Positions 1-10,173 are shown, numbered from the stretch's first letter. The stretch is 64,000 nucleotides of DNA from Clostridia bacterium (GCA_017442155.1 JAFSAU010000016.1:99723-163722), one strand, 5' to 3'. Numbers and translations are program-made. Notes: generated by a model from the letters alone, not told the origin.

Positions 1-1
1 T

Positions 2-619
2 GAGTTGACAGGCCAATCCATATCGTTGCCTACATCCGATTTGTGGGAAGGAATATGTGATTTTGCAGACCATGAGCTTACGGATTCCTTTTCCATTGTA
101 TATGAAGATATGGAAGCATATGAGGACGAAAAGGTTTTGGTAAAGTATAAGGCCTATGACGGCTACGTCTATGCAGTCATACAAAACAAAAGCACCGAGG
201 CGCAAACAGTCACAGCCACTATCCCCGGTATTGAAGAGGGCTTTAAGATTATTGATGGAATAGTAGGCGATAACCGGTGTACCTCCATCCATACAAACGG
301 TGTTACCTTTGCTATGGTAGGTGGCGGTGTTGTTATATGTAAGCTGAAGCATGTTGAGGGTTTGTTCTTCAGTAAGGATTATGCCAACGTGGAAGATGCA
401 ACGGGCGAAATTAGGGTTGTTTGCAATTCGGAAAAATTCACGGGCGGAACACTCGTTATTGCGTTTTATGAGAATGGAGTGCTTCAAGCTTTTGAATGTC
501 GGACAATTGACGGACGAATCGAGATTCCGGTAAATACGGAGTATGACATTAAGGCCTTTGTATTTGCCGGAGGCGGCATAACCCCGTTGCATAAGGCTGT
601 TTTCATGCAAAGAACGTAG
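2..619 (+). CDS. Hypothetical protein, C-terminal fragment
   Basis: The frame is open to the window edge, and the ORF-track start at 5 is TTG. No recognisable motifs. It lies immediately upstream of the large secreted protein. Confidence 0.35.
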   Translation, partial: ELTGQSISLPTSDLWEGICDFADHELTDSFSIVYEDMEAYEDEKVLVKYKAYDGYVYAVIQNKSTEAQTVTATIPGIEEGFKIIDGIVGDNRCTSIHTNGVTFAMVGGGVVICKLKHVEGLFFSKDYANVEDATGEIRVVCNSEKFTGGTLVIAFYENGVLQAFECRTIDGRIEIPVNTEYDIKAFVFAGGGITPLHKAVFMQRT

Positions 620-655
620 CCTGAAAATAAAAAACAAAATAGGGAGGAAACTACG

Positions 656-3600
656 ATGACAATCAAAAACAATTTCTTACGGAAGGCGATTGCACTTCTG
701 ATACTACCGGCCCTTCTGGTGGGGCTGGTGCCCGCGGTCAATGCAAGTGAGCAATACCCACTGCCCGCTAAAAATGAGGAAAGTCTCGCAAGACTGTATG
801 CCAATCTTAAAAACGATATGGTCGGGTATGACTCGGAGATCATCAGACCGGGAACCAGCGAAGTGCATATGCAAGGTATTTGCGTTGATGATGCTTATAA
901 ATATTTGTATATATCGTATACAGAGGTTATAAACAAGGTGGACCTCGCAACCGGCGAAACTGTCGGCAGACTGGGCGGCTTTAAACTGACCGGTGGGAAG
1001 GGAAAACCCCATTTGGGCTGTATGGCGTATTATGATGGCCGTATTTACTGCTCCACCGGATACAAACAAGATGCTGTAAATAAATATTTTGTAATCGCCA
1101 TTGACGAAGATGCGTTTCCCATGGATGGCTCTTATAAAGATGTTGAACCTTTTCTGAATCCGGATCGTACGCAGGTGCCTGACGGTGAAAAAGATAACTA
1201 CCATGCCTTTTTCATGGCAGATGTTGTCGAAGGCAAAAGAAGTGGACTGTATCGTGCCGCGGGCATGGACGGTATTTGCTTTGGAGCATATCCGGGCGAT
1301 ACAAGCGGCGATACATATATGCTTGTATCTCAGAGCAGTGCAAGGGGACTTACGTATTATGATAACGATTATTGTGTTATCACCGCCTATAAGCTTGAAA
1401 ACTTTATAGGGGACACAAAGGTAGATATCCCCTTAACTACGGACAGAATAAAGAATACAGAATATACACAGGATGAGCGTTTGACCTCAGATAAACGGTT
1501 GTTTGTGCACACTGGTAACGTTTATGCGAGTGTTCAGAATATGGATTATGACAAGGACACAGGGGATTTGGTCCTTATTACCTATGAACCCACTAAAACC
1601 TGGAACCTGTATTTAAACGGTGTGTTGGGAAAAGAATCCAAGCCAAAGAAATACGTTATTGATGGAAGCAAAACCCCCGTGTATAAGACACTTGAGCTCG
1701 GACAAAGCAATAACGACAGGGACCCGGATGTAAAGCAGGCGGCAATTGACAGAGTAGAAAACTTCTATAAAGCAAACAACAACGGCGAGATTCCTAAGGG
1801 AGACCATGCCGTACTGAAATGTATATGCGGCCTGGGCAGTATGGACAACCATGAATGCATCAGTACCTATGTTGAATCCACCGGCGTAGATGCGGGACTT
1901 ACCGATTTAAAGCTTTGCTTCCGTGAAATTGACGATAGAGAAGATTATGGGCTTGCATCGTTGGGGGATGGATATTATTATGCAACCTGGGATTCCACGA
2001 AGGTCAGACTTTATAAGAGCAACGAAAACTATAAATTTACAAAGGTAAATCCGCCGGCACCTGAGCTGGAAGAATTGGTGCATCTAAAGATGAATGCCGA
2101 AGACCTGTATGTAGACGAAACCGGTACGCTTCGAATGAGAAATGCGCTGGACAATGGCTACGATGCCATCGTGCAAGGCACGTCAGCGGCGGAAGATCAG
2201 AACGATGTGGCGGGGAGTGCAACATATTTTAGCGGGTTCACGCATCCCACAAATCCGGACCGCATTTATCTGGACGAAGCTACCATGGATTACTTTAACC
2301 AGAAAACTAAAAAGAGGGGATATTCCTTCAGCTTCTGGGCAAAGATGGCCATGCCTAAAAATCGTGCAGGAAGAGCCATACCCGTTGCAGGTTTTTACAG
2401 AGAGGATAAAACCTATGGCGGTGTGTTCGAACTGCAGAAACGGCAAATCGTTGAATATAAAATAAACGGATTGGGTGAAGATACTGCCGGCAGCATTTCC
2501 AAGGACTACGGTCCGCCGATATACAGAACTTCAAAACAAACCGATGGAAAAATAGGAGATGATGCGTGGCATCACTTTGTTGTTACGGAACTGGATGGGT
2601 ATTCCTACATCTATTTAGACGGTGTTCCGGGACTTGTAAAGGATTCCACCAATACTGACACCACTGTTTTTAAATATGATCTCTATAAAGACAGGGCACA
2701 CATGAAAAACAAACCCTTTCAATACTTTGAAATCGGTGGAAGCCTTTATAACATTCATCAGGATTCAGAATTGCGCGGCAGACTGACAGGGGCAGTGGAC
2801 GATGTCAGAATTTTTGCAGGGATTTTGACGGCTGAGGATGTAGCGAATATGTATGCGGCAGGCGTTTCGGCGGCGAGTGATACAGAGGCTGCATATCCGG
2901 TCACAGCTACAGACGAAACAAACAGTGTTTTCACGCCGGCTTATCCCGTCTACAACAGAAGCACAGATGGAGGCGAAGAGCTGACGGTTACTGCCACAAA
3001 AGCAGTGCAGTCCGTCAGAGACCTTTTTGTTGGTACAGATTACACAGTAAGCGGCAATTCTATTACCTTTGCGAAGGAATATCTTGCAGGAAAAAGTCGA
3101 GGAATTCACGAGCTTTTGGTGACATTTGCGGATAACACAACGGAAACTTTGCACCTTACCGTCGTGGAGGATGGCGTGGCTGTTTTGGACTACAAGCTGA
3201 ATAGAGACAGTATAAGTGGCAAGACTGTTACCGACAGCAGTGCATACGGGGTGAATGCCGTATCCTCTGTCGCTCTAACGACATACGGGGAAAATCAGAA
3301 AGCGGAAAGTGACGGCGCGGTGTCTTTTGACGGCTTTGACTACGCAAACCCCCAGTACATCTATCTTGCAAAGGATAATGCACAGTGGCTGAATGCTGTT
3401 CTGAAGGATGGCTACACGGTAAACTTCTGGGCGAATGCCGGATTTGAAAACGGAAATAAAATGGCGCTTTTAGGTCTCTATAATCAAAGTGGACGTCCTT
3501 TGGGTGCTGTGGAGGAATATGATAAAGATTCAGCTACAAGCGGTACTGCTACCTTGATGAAGGATGGAAAAATGACCATACGTGCCGATGTCGGAAACGG

Positions 3601-4210
3601 ACGATACAGAGAGGAGAGTATCAATGCCACCGCTACCGAGCAGGTAAACACCAAGGAATGGGTAATGTACACCATGACCTTTGCAGACGGAAAACTTTCT
3701 CTTTATGTTTCGGCAAAGGATACAGTAAGAAAATGCTATACTAAAGAAGTGTCTGCAAATGTTCTCGGCGAAATAGCCCATTTCATTATTGGTGCAAATT
3801 ATAATCGGTATTATAAAGCGGATTCCTGGACGGATGACTACGAAGGGCGTGGGGGATTTTGTGGTTTGATGAGCGACGTTTCGGTATATCCGAATGCGAT
3901 GAATACAGCGGCCATTGAGAGACTATACCAGGGTGGCAGGGAGTTTATAATTATACCGACTGTATCCGGCACTAATACAGTCGACGTTGCGTTTTCCGCC
4001 GCACCGGAGGAAAAAGGCACTTTGCTTGTGGCTTTGTATGAAGAGAATCAGATGATTGCAATCAAAGTATTGCCCACCGACTGCGTTCATGCGACGTATA
4101 GAGTAGAACTTGATAAGGAGATTGGCTCCGGACAGCAAATAAAAGTGTTTGCACTCAAGGGCATCCGGACACTAAACCCCGGAAGCAACTGCGTGGTGAT
4201 TAATGTTTAA
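656..4210 (+). CDS. Large secreted protein (1184 aa) with two LamG/concanavalin-like lectin domains
   Basis: GGGAGG RBS followed by ATG. N-terminal signal peptide (KAIALLILPALLVGLVPAVNA). Two LamG_3-like segments (…DDVRIFAGILTAEDVANMYAAG…, …MSDVSVYPNAMNTAAIERLYQGG…). No catalytic motif recognised. Confidence 0.55.
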   Translation: MTIKNNFLRKAIALLILPALLVGLVPAVNASEQYPLPAKNEESLARLYANLKNDMVGYDSEIIRPGTSEVHMQGICVDDAYKYLYISYTEVINKVDLATGETVGRLGGFKLTGGKGKPHLGCMAYYDGRIYCSTGYKQDAVNKYFVIAIDEDAFPMDGSYKDVEPFLNPDRTQVPDGEKDNYHAFFMADVVEGKRSGLYRAAGMDGICFGAYPGDTSGDTYMLVSQSSARGLTYYDNDYCVITAYKLENFIGDTKVDIPLTTDRIKNTEYTQDERLTSDKRLFVHTGNVYASVQNMDYDKDTGDLVLITYEPTKTWNLYLNGVLGKESKPKKYVIDGSKTPVYKTLELGQSNNDRDPDVKQAAIDRVENFYKANNNGEIPKGDHAVLKCICGLGSMDNHECISTYVESTGVDAGLTDLKLCFREIDDREDYGLASLGDGYYYATWDSTKVRLYKSNENYKFTKVNPPAPELEELVHLKMNAEDLYVDETGTLRMRNALDNGYDAIVQGTSAAEDQNDVAGSATYFSGFTHPTNPDRIYLDEATMDYFNQKTKKRGYSFSFWAKMAMPKNRAGRAIPVAGFYREDKTYGGVFELQKRQIVEYKINGLGEDTAGSISKDYGPPIYRTSKQTDGKIGDDAWHHFVVTELDGYSYIYLDGVPGLVKDSTNTDTTVFKYDLYKDRAHMKNKPFQYFEIGGSLYNIHQDSELRGRLTGAVDDVRIFAGILTAEDVANMYAAGVSAASDTEAAYPVTATDETNSVFTPAYPVYNRSTDGGEELTVTATKAVQSVRDLFVGTDYTVSGNSITFAKEYLAGKSRGIHELLVTFADNTTETLHLTVVEDGVAVLDYKLNRDSISGKTVTDSSAYGVNAVSSVALTTYGENQKAESDGAVSFDGFDYANPQYIYLAKDNAQWLNAVLKDGYTVNFWANAGFENGNKMALLGLYNQSGRPLGAVEEYDKDSATSGTATLMKDGKMTIRADVGNGRYREESINATATEQVNTKEWVMYTMTFADGKLSLYVSAKDTVRKCYTKEVSANVLGEIAHFIIGANYNRYYKADSWTDDYEGRGGFCGLMSDVSVYPNAMNTAAIERLYQGGREFIIIPTVSGTNTVDVAFSAAPEEKGTLLVALYEENQMIAIKVLPTDCVHATYRVELDKEIGSGQQIKVFALKGIRTLNPGSNCVVINV

Positions 4211-4235
4211 TTGGTTTTAAGGGAAAATGAAAATA

Positions 4236-4294
4236 TAATATAAATAGTGGAAACCACCCTATAATCAACAAAGACGATTGCGGGGTGGTTTCCA
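4236..4294. terminator. Inverted repeat between convergent genes; possible bidirectional terminator
   Basis: ggaaaccaccc … gggtggtttcc is an 11-bp perfect stem but the loop is long (about 22 nt), so the call is weak. Confidence 0.3.
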
Positions 4295-4337
4295 TAGTGA
4301 TATATGCAAAATATCGGATTGTGAAAGAACTGAGGTT

Positions 4338-5198
4338 TCAATCCTTGGCATTATTTATCATTTCTAAATACAGCATTCTGAATTTTTTCGGTGACATACC
4401 CACTCGCTCCTTAAAAAAGGTGGAGAAATAATAGGGATCATTGATTCCGATTGAAGATGCAATTTCAAAAAAGCTCTTATCCGTTTGTGAAATTAACTCA
4501 AGTGCCTTCTTTATGCGGATATTATCAAAGTATTTCATGGGCGAAACACCGAAATCCTCTTTAAATTTTCTAATAAAATAGTTAGGATGAAATTGGACAC
4601 AAGCGGCTAAATCCTTCACTGAAATTTCTTTATGAATATTCTCCTCCATAAATGTAATAACAGACTGCCAGGTGCCGATTTTAACAAAATTGTTTTTACT
4701 GCTTTCCAAAAAGAATGCCATGATTTCGGAAAGCTTTGAAATTCTGTTCAGATGATATGCTTCAATGCTTGTAAAATCGCTGTCTCGCCGTGCACTGTGC
4801 AGGCATTCTTCTAAACGTTCATAATTTTCCACATGCGCAATATAGTTGTCATCCGAGATGCAGAAAAAATCCGACCAATCAATGTCATTTATCTCGGCAC
4901 GTAAATGTATGTGATAAAACGATAGATTTTTAGAGAATTTCATGGAAATCATGCAGGGCATATTTTTAGGGAGTAATACTAATTCTTGCTTTTTAACCAG
5001 ATTGACTTTTTTATTAATTGATAGTAAAAATTCACCGTTTTCAACATAAATCATTGTGTTTTCGGCAAATTGATATTTTCCTTCCCACCGCGTACTCGGA
5101 GGATACGGAATATGTGTGACATCCTGAGGATAAAGAGAAAATTTTTGAATCCGGTAATCACCATTATTAATATAGTGCGTGTCGTTATATTGAGTCAA
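4338..5198 (-). CDS. AraC-family transcriptional regulator
   Basis: C-terminal AraC HTH (…KDLAACVQFHPNYFIRKFKEDFGVSPMKYF…). TTG start preceded by an AAGGGGTG RBS. Confidence 0.8.
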   Translation of the reverse strand: MTQYNDTHYINNGDYRIQKFSLYPQDVTHIPYPPSTRWEGKYQFAENTMIYVENGEFLLSINKKVNLVKKQELVLLPKNMPCMISMKFSKNLSFYHIHLRAEINDIDWSDFFCISDDNYIAHVENYERLEECLHSARRDSDFTSIEAYHLNRISKLSEIMAFFLESSKNNFVKIGTWQSVITFMEENIHKEISVKDLAACVQFHPNYFIRKFKEDFGVSPMKYFDNIRIKKALELISQTDKSFFEIASSIGINDPYYFSTFFKERVGMSPKKFRMLYLEMINNAKD

Positions 5199-5276
5199 GT
5201 GAACACCCCTTATTTAATTATATAAGAAATATTTTGTTCTGTCAACCCTTTTTACGGATTTAATTATATAAAACTA

Positions 5277-5305
5277 TTGAAAATGTGCACATTTTCCTAT
5301 ATAAT
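5277..5305 (+). promoter_or_regulatory. Sigma-A-like promoter upstream of the GTPase-NYN gene
   Basis: TTGAAA, 17-bp spacer, TATAAT, about 35 bp upstream of the ATG at 5342. Confidence 0.4.
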
Positions 5306-5341
5306 GTATATAGAAATATATGATGAAAGAAAAGGTGAAGC

Positions 5342-7882
5342 ATGAAACGTTTGGTGATTGGCATATTGGCCCATGTAGATGCGGGAAAAACAACGCTTTC
5401 CGAGGGGCTTTTATATACGGCGGGAATAATCCGAAGCCTGGGGCGTGTGGACCACGGGAACGCTTTTCTGGACACCGATACCATCGAACGGAAGCGAGGC
5501 ATCACAATTTTTTCAAAACAGGCAATGCTGGAGACGGATGCGGTGTCTTTTACGCTCCTTGATACGCCGGGACACGTGGATTTTTCTGCGGAGATGGAAC
5601 GAAGCCTTCGGGTGTTGGATTATGCCATTTTGGTAGTCAGTGGCGCGGATGGTGTGCAAAGCCATACAGAAACGTTGTGGCGGATGCTGCGCCATTATGA
5701 TGTTCCCACCTTTATTTTTGTCAATAAAATGGATTTGCCTACAGATGGAGAAGAAAACCTATTGCAGTCCCTGGGACAGAAGCTGGATGGTGGTTGTGTT
5801 GCTTTTGGACAGGAGGACGATGCTTTTTTTGAAAATATCGCAATGCAAAGCAACACTCTTTTGGATGCGTATCTCTCTGTCGGTAAACTTTCTGTTGATT
5901 CCATTGCCGATGCGATTGCATCGCGGCAGATTTTCCCTGTTTACTTTGGTTCAGCACTGAAAAATACCGGCGTCCGGGCCTTATTTGAGGGCGTTTGTCG
6001 GTACACGCAAGAAAGAAAGTACTCTTCCGCTTTTGGAGCAAAGGTATTTAAAATTTCCGAGGATGAAAAAGGGCAGCGACTTGCTTATTTAAAGATTACA
6101 GGAGGCACTCTTCCTGTCAAAAGCACTTTGGAGGGAAAGGGTTGGAGTAGGAAAATAAATGAAATCCGCATTTACTCCGGGGATAAATATAAAAACGTTC
6201 AGGAGGCGGCAGCGGGGAGTGTTTGTGCAATCCCGGGAATTGAAAAAACCTTTCCCGGTGAAGGGCTTGGGACAGAGCGGGAGGATGAAGTGCTTCTTTC
6301 TGAGCCGGTACTAACCTATGGTGTTCTTCTGCCGGAAGGAACAGACGTCCTCGCGGCACTTTCTGTTTTCCGTAAACTGGAGGAAGAAGAAACACAGATG
6401 CATGTTCTATGGAATGAGCTTCTGGCAAAAATTGATATTCAGGTTATGGGCGAGGTGCAGCTTGAGGTTATAAAAGAAATTCTGGAAACACGATTTGGAC
6501 TTACTGTTCGTTTTACAAGTGGCAGTATTATATATAAAGAAACAATTCGGAATACGGTTGAAGGCGTGGGTCATTTTGAGCCTCTGCGGCATTATGCAGA
6601 GGTGCATGTCCTGCTGGAACCGGGAAAAAAGGGCGGCGTTGAAATTGTGTCAGCCTGTCCGGAGGATTCACTGTCAAAAAACTGGCAACGTCTTATCCTG
6701 ACCCATCTTGCAGAAAAGACACACCGTGGCGTTCTTACCGGTGCACCCATAACCGATATTAAAATTACATTGATTGCGGGTCGTGCCCATGTTAAACATA
6801 CCGAGGGCGGTGATTTTCGCCAGGCTACGTATCGTGCCGTGCGTCAAGGCTTGATGCAGGCGGAAAGCGTCCTGCTTGAACCATGGTATTCCTTCATGCT
6901 GGAGGTACCCCAGGAATCCGTCGGGCGGGCACTGACGGATTTGGAAAGAATGGGTGCACAGTTTTCTGCACCGGAGGTAGGAGAGGTGTCCTCGGTAATC
7001 CGGGGCAAAGCACCCATCTCCCGGATGCGGGAATATCATACGACTGTCCTTGCTTATTCTCGTGGGAAAGGGCGTCTGGCTTGTACTTTCTGCGGTTATG
7101 ATGCGTGTAAAGATGCTGAATCTGTCATTGCAGAAATCGGATACGACCCCGAGGCAGATCTTGCCAACACGCCGGATTCTGTATTTTGTTCTCATGGGGC
7201 AGGGGTACTGGTGAAGTGGGACGAGGTATTTGAGCACATGCATATTCCCACGATTGCAAAACAACAAGAGGAAGCACAAATCCCGGTTGCCGCGCCTCAA
7301 CACAGAAAAATGCTGGAGGATGATGCAACACTTCTTGCTATTTACGAGCGCACCTATGGAAAAATCAGACAGAAAGACCCCGGTCGGACTCTGCATACCC
7401 CCCGTCTGCAAAAGGAATATAAGGCAAAGTCGATTCCCATGGGTCCGACATATTTGCTTGTGGACGGTTATAATATCATTTTTGCATGGGAGGACCTTTC
7501 AAAAATCGCACAGGAAAGCCTGGAAACTGCCCGCTCTCTTCTTATAAGTCGGCTATGTAATTATTGTGCCATGCGGGATTTCCGGATCATTGTTGTGTTT
7601 GATGCATATCGCGTTCCCGGTGCTTTTCGCGAAATAGAAGAGGTTCATGGCATTAGTGTGGTATATACAAAAGAAGCTGAAACGGCAGATGCCTATATAG
7701 AAAAAACTTCAAAAGAGCTTGTTAAAAACTATCGTGTCCGTGTTGCTACGTCGGACCGTCTGGAGCAAATCATTGTGTTTGGACAGGGGATTCAAAGGGT
7801 TTCTGTCTCAGAATTTTTATCCGAGGTACGTGTCGCAGAAGGGGAAATGCGGACATTTATTGAGGAAAATAATGGAAAATGA
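5342..7882 (+). CDS. TetM/TetO/EF-G-like translational GTPase fused to a C-terminal YacP/Rae1-like NYN (PIN-like) ribonuclease domain
   Basis: N-terminus GILAHVDAGKTTLSEGLLY…DTPGHVDF…NKMD supplies the G1/G3/G4 motifs of trGTPases and is very close to the TetM N-terminus. C-terminal residues about 690-846 (LLVDGYNIIFAWEDL…IIVVFDAY…VATSD…) align with B. subtilis YacP/Rae1 (LLVDGYNMIGAW…VIVVFDAH…VATSD). Confidence 0.8.
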   Translation: MKRLVIGILAHVDAGKTTLSEGLLYTAGIIRSLGRVDHGNAFLDTDTIERKRGITIFSKQAMLETDAVSFTLLDTPGHVDFSAEMERSLRVLDYAILVVSGADGVQSHTETLWRMLRHYDVPTFIFVNKMDLPTDGEENLLQSLGQKLDGGCVAFGQEDDAFFENIAMQSNTLLDAYLSVGKLSVDSIADAIASRQIFPVYFGSALKNTGVRALFEGVCRYTQERKYSSAFGAKVFKISEDEKGQRLAYLKITGGTLPVKSTLEGKGWSRKINEIRIYSGDKYKNVQEAAAGSVCAIPGIEKTFPGEGLGTEREDEVLLSEPVLTYGVLLPEGTDVLAALSVFRKLEEEETQMHVLWNELLAKIDIQVMGEVQLEVIKEILETRFGLTVRFTSGSIIYKETIRNTVEGVGHFEPLRHYAEVHVLLEPGKKGGVEIVSACPEDSLSKNWQRLILTHLAEKTHRGVLTGAPITDIKITLIAGRAHVKHTEGGDFRQATYRAVRQGLMQAESVLLEPWYSFMLEVPQESVGRALTDLERMGAQFSAPEVGEVSSVIRGKAPISRMREYHTTVLAYSRGKGRLACTFCGYDACKDAESVIAEIGYDPEADLANTPDSVFCSHGAGVLVKWDEVFEHMHIPTIAKQQEEAQIPVAAPQHRKMLEDDATLLAIYERTYGKIRQKDPGRTLHTPRLQKEYKAKSIPMGPTYLLVDGYNIIFAWEDLSKIAQESLETARSLLISRLCNYCAMRDFRIIVVFDAYRVPGAFREIEEVHGISVVYTKEAETADAYIEKTSKELVKNYRVRVATSDRLEQIIVFGQGIQRVSVSEFLSEVRVAEGEMRTFIEENNGK

Positions 7883-7895
7883 ATAAAAATAATTA

Positions 7896-7915
7896 AATAA
7901 TGCATAAATATTCTT
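7896..7915 (+). promoter_or_regulatory. Putative ARG box (ArgR/AhrC operator) upstream of the arg operon
   Basis: aaTGCATAAATATTCttg resembles the TGAAT-AAAA-ATTCA ARG-box core. A second weaker half-site follows the -10 (atagaaaatATTCAtt). Confidence 0.35.
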
Positions 7916-7924
7916 GAAAAACCC

Positions 7925-7953
7925 TTGACAAAAGGGGAAAAAGCGTGTATAAT
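7925..7953 (+). promoter_or_regulatory. Consensus sigma-A promoter of the arg operon
   Basis: TTGACA (7925-7930), 17-bp spacer, TATAAT (7948-7953). It lies about 45 bp upstream of the argC ATG. Confidence 0.55.
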
Positions 7954-7999
7954 ATGCGAAAAGATATAGAAAATATTCATTTCGGAAAGGGAAAGGTAT

Positions 8000-8932
8000 A
8001 TGAAAACGGTATTTATTGACGGTAGTGCCGGCACTACGGGACTACGTATATATGAGCGTTTGGAGGGGCGGGAGGATATTCAACTTATCCGTCTTTCAGA
8101 GGAAGTACGAAAGGACGCGGCGGCTCGAAAGGAAGCAATAAACCGAGCTGACATCGTGTTCCTCTGTCTGCCGGATGCGGCGGCTGTTGAGGCGGTGTCC
8201 CTTTGTGAAAATTCCGAAACGGTGATTATTGACACCTCAACGGCACATCGCACAAATCCGGATTGGACCTACGGTTTTCCGGAACTTGGAAATAACCGTG
8301 AGAAAATCAGAACAGCCTCGCGGATTGCAAACCCCGGCTGTCATGCCAGCGGATTCATTGCTCTGATTCAGCCTCTTGTCAGCCATGGATTACTTTCTTC
8401 CGACGCGTTTCTGACCTGCTTTTCTCTGACCGGATATTCGGGCGGCGGCAAAAAGATGATAGCGGAATATGAAGGGGAAAAGCTTCCTGCGCTCTATAAA
8501 GCTCCCCGTCAGTATGGTCTTGCGCAAAACCATAAGCATCTGCCGGAAATGGCGGCGGTTTGCGGTCTGGTAAATGCTCCGGCTTTTTCGCCCATTGTGG
8601 CGGATTTCTATAGCGGTATGGAGGTTTCTGTTCCGCTTTTCGCTAAGTATATTTCAGGTAGCTTGGAGGACATTAAAGCGGTATACCGTGATGTATATAA
8701 GAAAGGACTTGTACAGTTTTGTGAAGAAACAGACGAGGGGGGATTTCTTTCTGCGGCGGCCTACGCCGGAAGGGATGATATGGAGGTCACCGTGATGGGC
8801 AATGCAGACAGAATTCTGCTCACGGCCCGGTTTGATAATTTAGGAAAAGGGGCTTCCGGCGCGGCAATACAGAATATGAACATTGTTATGGGAGTGCCCG
8901 AGGACACGGGTCTTACGGTGAAAGGAGAATAA
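8000..8932 (+). CDS. argC: N-acetyl-gamma-glutamyl-phosphate reductase (short form)
   Basis: 310 aa. N-terminal NAD-binding motif (IDGSAGTTG) and catalytic Cys in NPGCHA. First gene of a cluster of arg genes. Confidence 0.9.
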   Translation: MKTVFIDGSAGTTGLRIYERLEGREDIQLIRLSEEVRKDAAARKEAINRADIVFLCLPDAAAVEAVSLCENSETVIIDTSTAHRTNPDWTYGFPELGNNREKIRTASRIANPGCHASGFIALIQPLVSHGLLSSDAFLTCFSLTGYSGGGKKMIAEYEGEKLPALYKAPRQYGLAQNHKHLPEMAAVCGLVNAPAFSPIVADFYSGMEVSVPLFAKYISGSLEDIKAVYRDVYKKGLVQFCEETDEGGFLSAAAYAGRDDMEVTVMGNADRILLTARFDNLGKGASGAAIQNMNIVMGVPEDTGLTVKGE

Positions 8933-8935
8933 AAA

Positions 8936-10150
8936 ATGCAGATAATACAGGGCGGTGTTTGCGCCGCAAAAGGATTTAAAGCAGGGGGTGTACATTGCGG
9001 AATCCGGAAAAACAGAACAAAAAAGGACCTTGCACTGATTCTTAGTGAGGTTCCCTGCACGGCGGCGGCCGTTTATACCCAGAATCTTGTGAAGGGAGCT
9101 CCGCTCCTTGTAACGAAAGCCCATCTTACTGACGGAAAGGCCCAGGCTGTTATTTGCAACAGCGGAAACGCGAATACCTGTAATGCAGATGGCGTGGAAA
9201 TTGCAGAAAAAATGAGTGCAGCAGCGGCATCGTCACTCGGCATTTCTCCGGAAGATATGGTGGTGGCTTCCACCGGGGTTATCGGGCAGCCCTTGCCGCT
9301 GGATCCTATTGTTGAGGCGATTCCTTCTCTTGCTGCGTGTCTTTCGGAAGATGGAAGTGCTGACGCAGGTGAGGCAATTATGACAACAGATACCATCCTG
9401 AAGGAAATTGCCGTGGAATTTGAAATTGGCGGAAAACTCTGTCGGATGGGTGGGATTGCTAAGGGAAGCGGCATGATTCATCCGAACATGGCGACTATGC
9501 TCGTGTTTATTACGACTGACACAGCTATTTCCTCTGCAATGCTGCAGAAAGCACTTTCTTCTGACATTACAGAAACATTTAATATGCTTAGTATTGACGG
9601 AGACACTTCCACAAACGATATGGTTTCTGTTCTGGCAAACGGCATGGCCGGTAACATGGAAATTACAGAGGATGGCGAGGCTTTTTCCATCTTTATGAAA
9701 GCACTGAATACCGTAACTGTACATCTTTGTCGTTTGATTGCAGGGGATGGTGAGGGGGCCACGAAGCTTCTGGAATGCAAAACCACCGGTGCAATGGATA
9801 TGAAAACAGCCAAAACTGTTGCTAAAAGCGTAATATGTTCCAGTCTTCTCAAGGCGGCTATGTTCGGTGCTGACGCTAACTGGGGACGTGTGCTTTGTGC
9901 CATCGGCTACAGCGGCGCGGATGTTGACGTGACGAAGGTAGATGTGTCTTTCCGTTCTGAAAAGGGGGAGATTGCAGTTTGCAAAGATGGGTCTGGTGTG
10001 CCTTTTTCGGAAGAAAAGGCGAAGGAAATTCTTCTGGAAAAAGAAATTGAAATTCTTGTCTCTTTAGGGGACGGACCGTGTAGTTCTACGGCATGGGGTT
10101 GTGATCTTACATACGATTATGTAAAAATTAACGGCGATTACAGGACCTGA
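8936..10150 (+). CDS. argJ: Bifunctional glutamate N-acetyltransferase / amino-acid acetyltransferase
   Basis: 404 aa with the autoproteolytic ATML site (…PNMATMLVFITTD…). The start is 4 bp after the argC stop. Confidence 0.9.
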   Translation: MQIIQGGVCAAKGFKAGGVHCGIRKNRTKKDLALILSEVPCTAAAVYTQNLVKGAPLLVTKAHLTDGKAQAVICNSGNANTCNADGVEIAEKMSAAAASSLGISPEDMVVASTGVIGQPLPLDPIVEAIPSLAACLSEDGSADAGEAIMTTDTILKEIAVEFEIGGKLCRMGGIAKGSGMIHPNMATMLVFITTDTAISSAMLQKALSSDITETFNMLSIDGDTSTNDMVSVLANGMAGNMEITEDGEAFSIFMKALNTVTVHLCRLIAGDGEGATKLLECKTTGAMDMKTAKTVAKSVICSSLLKAAMFGADANWGRVLCAIGYSGADVDVTKVDVSFRSEKGEIAVCKDGSGVPFSEEKAKEILLEKEIEILVSLGDGPCSSTAWGCDLTYDYVKINGDYRT

Positions 10151-10173
10151 TTCAGAAGAAAGGAAGAAAGAAA

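Noticed and set aside
5342-7882. Calling the GTPase a tetracycline-resistance (tetM/tetO) gene
   Set aside because: The N-terminus is TetM-like, but the gene is chromosomal with its own housekeeping-style promoter and no transposon context. It also carries a large C-terminal nuclease domain absent from ribosomal protection proteins. A resistance function is not supported.
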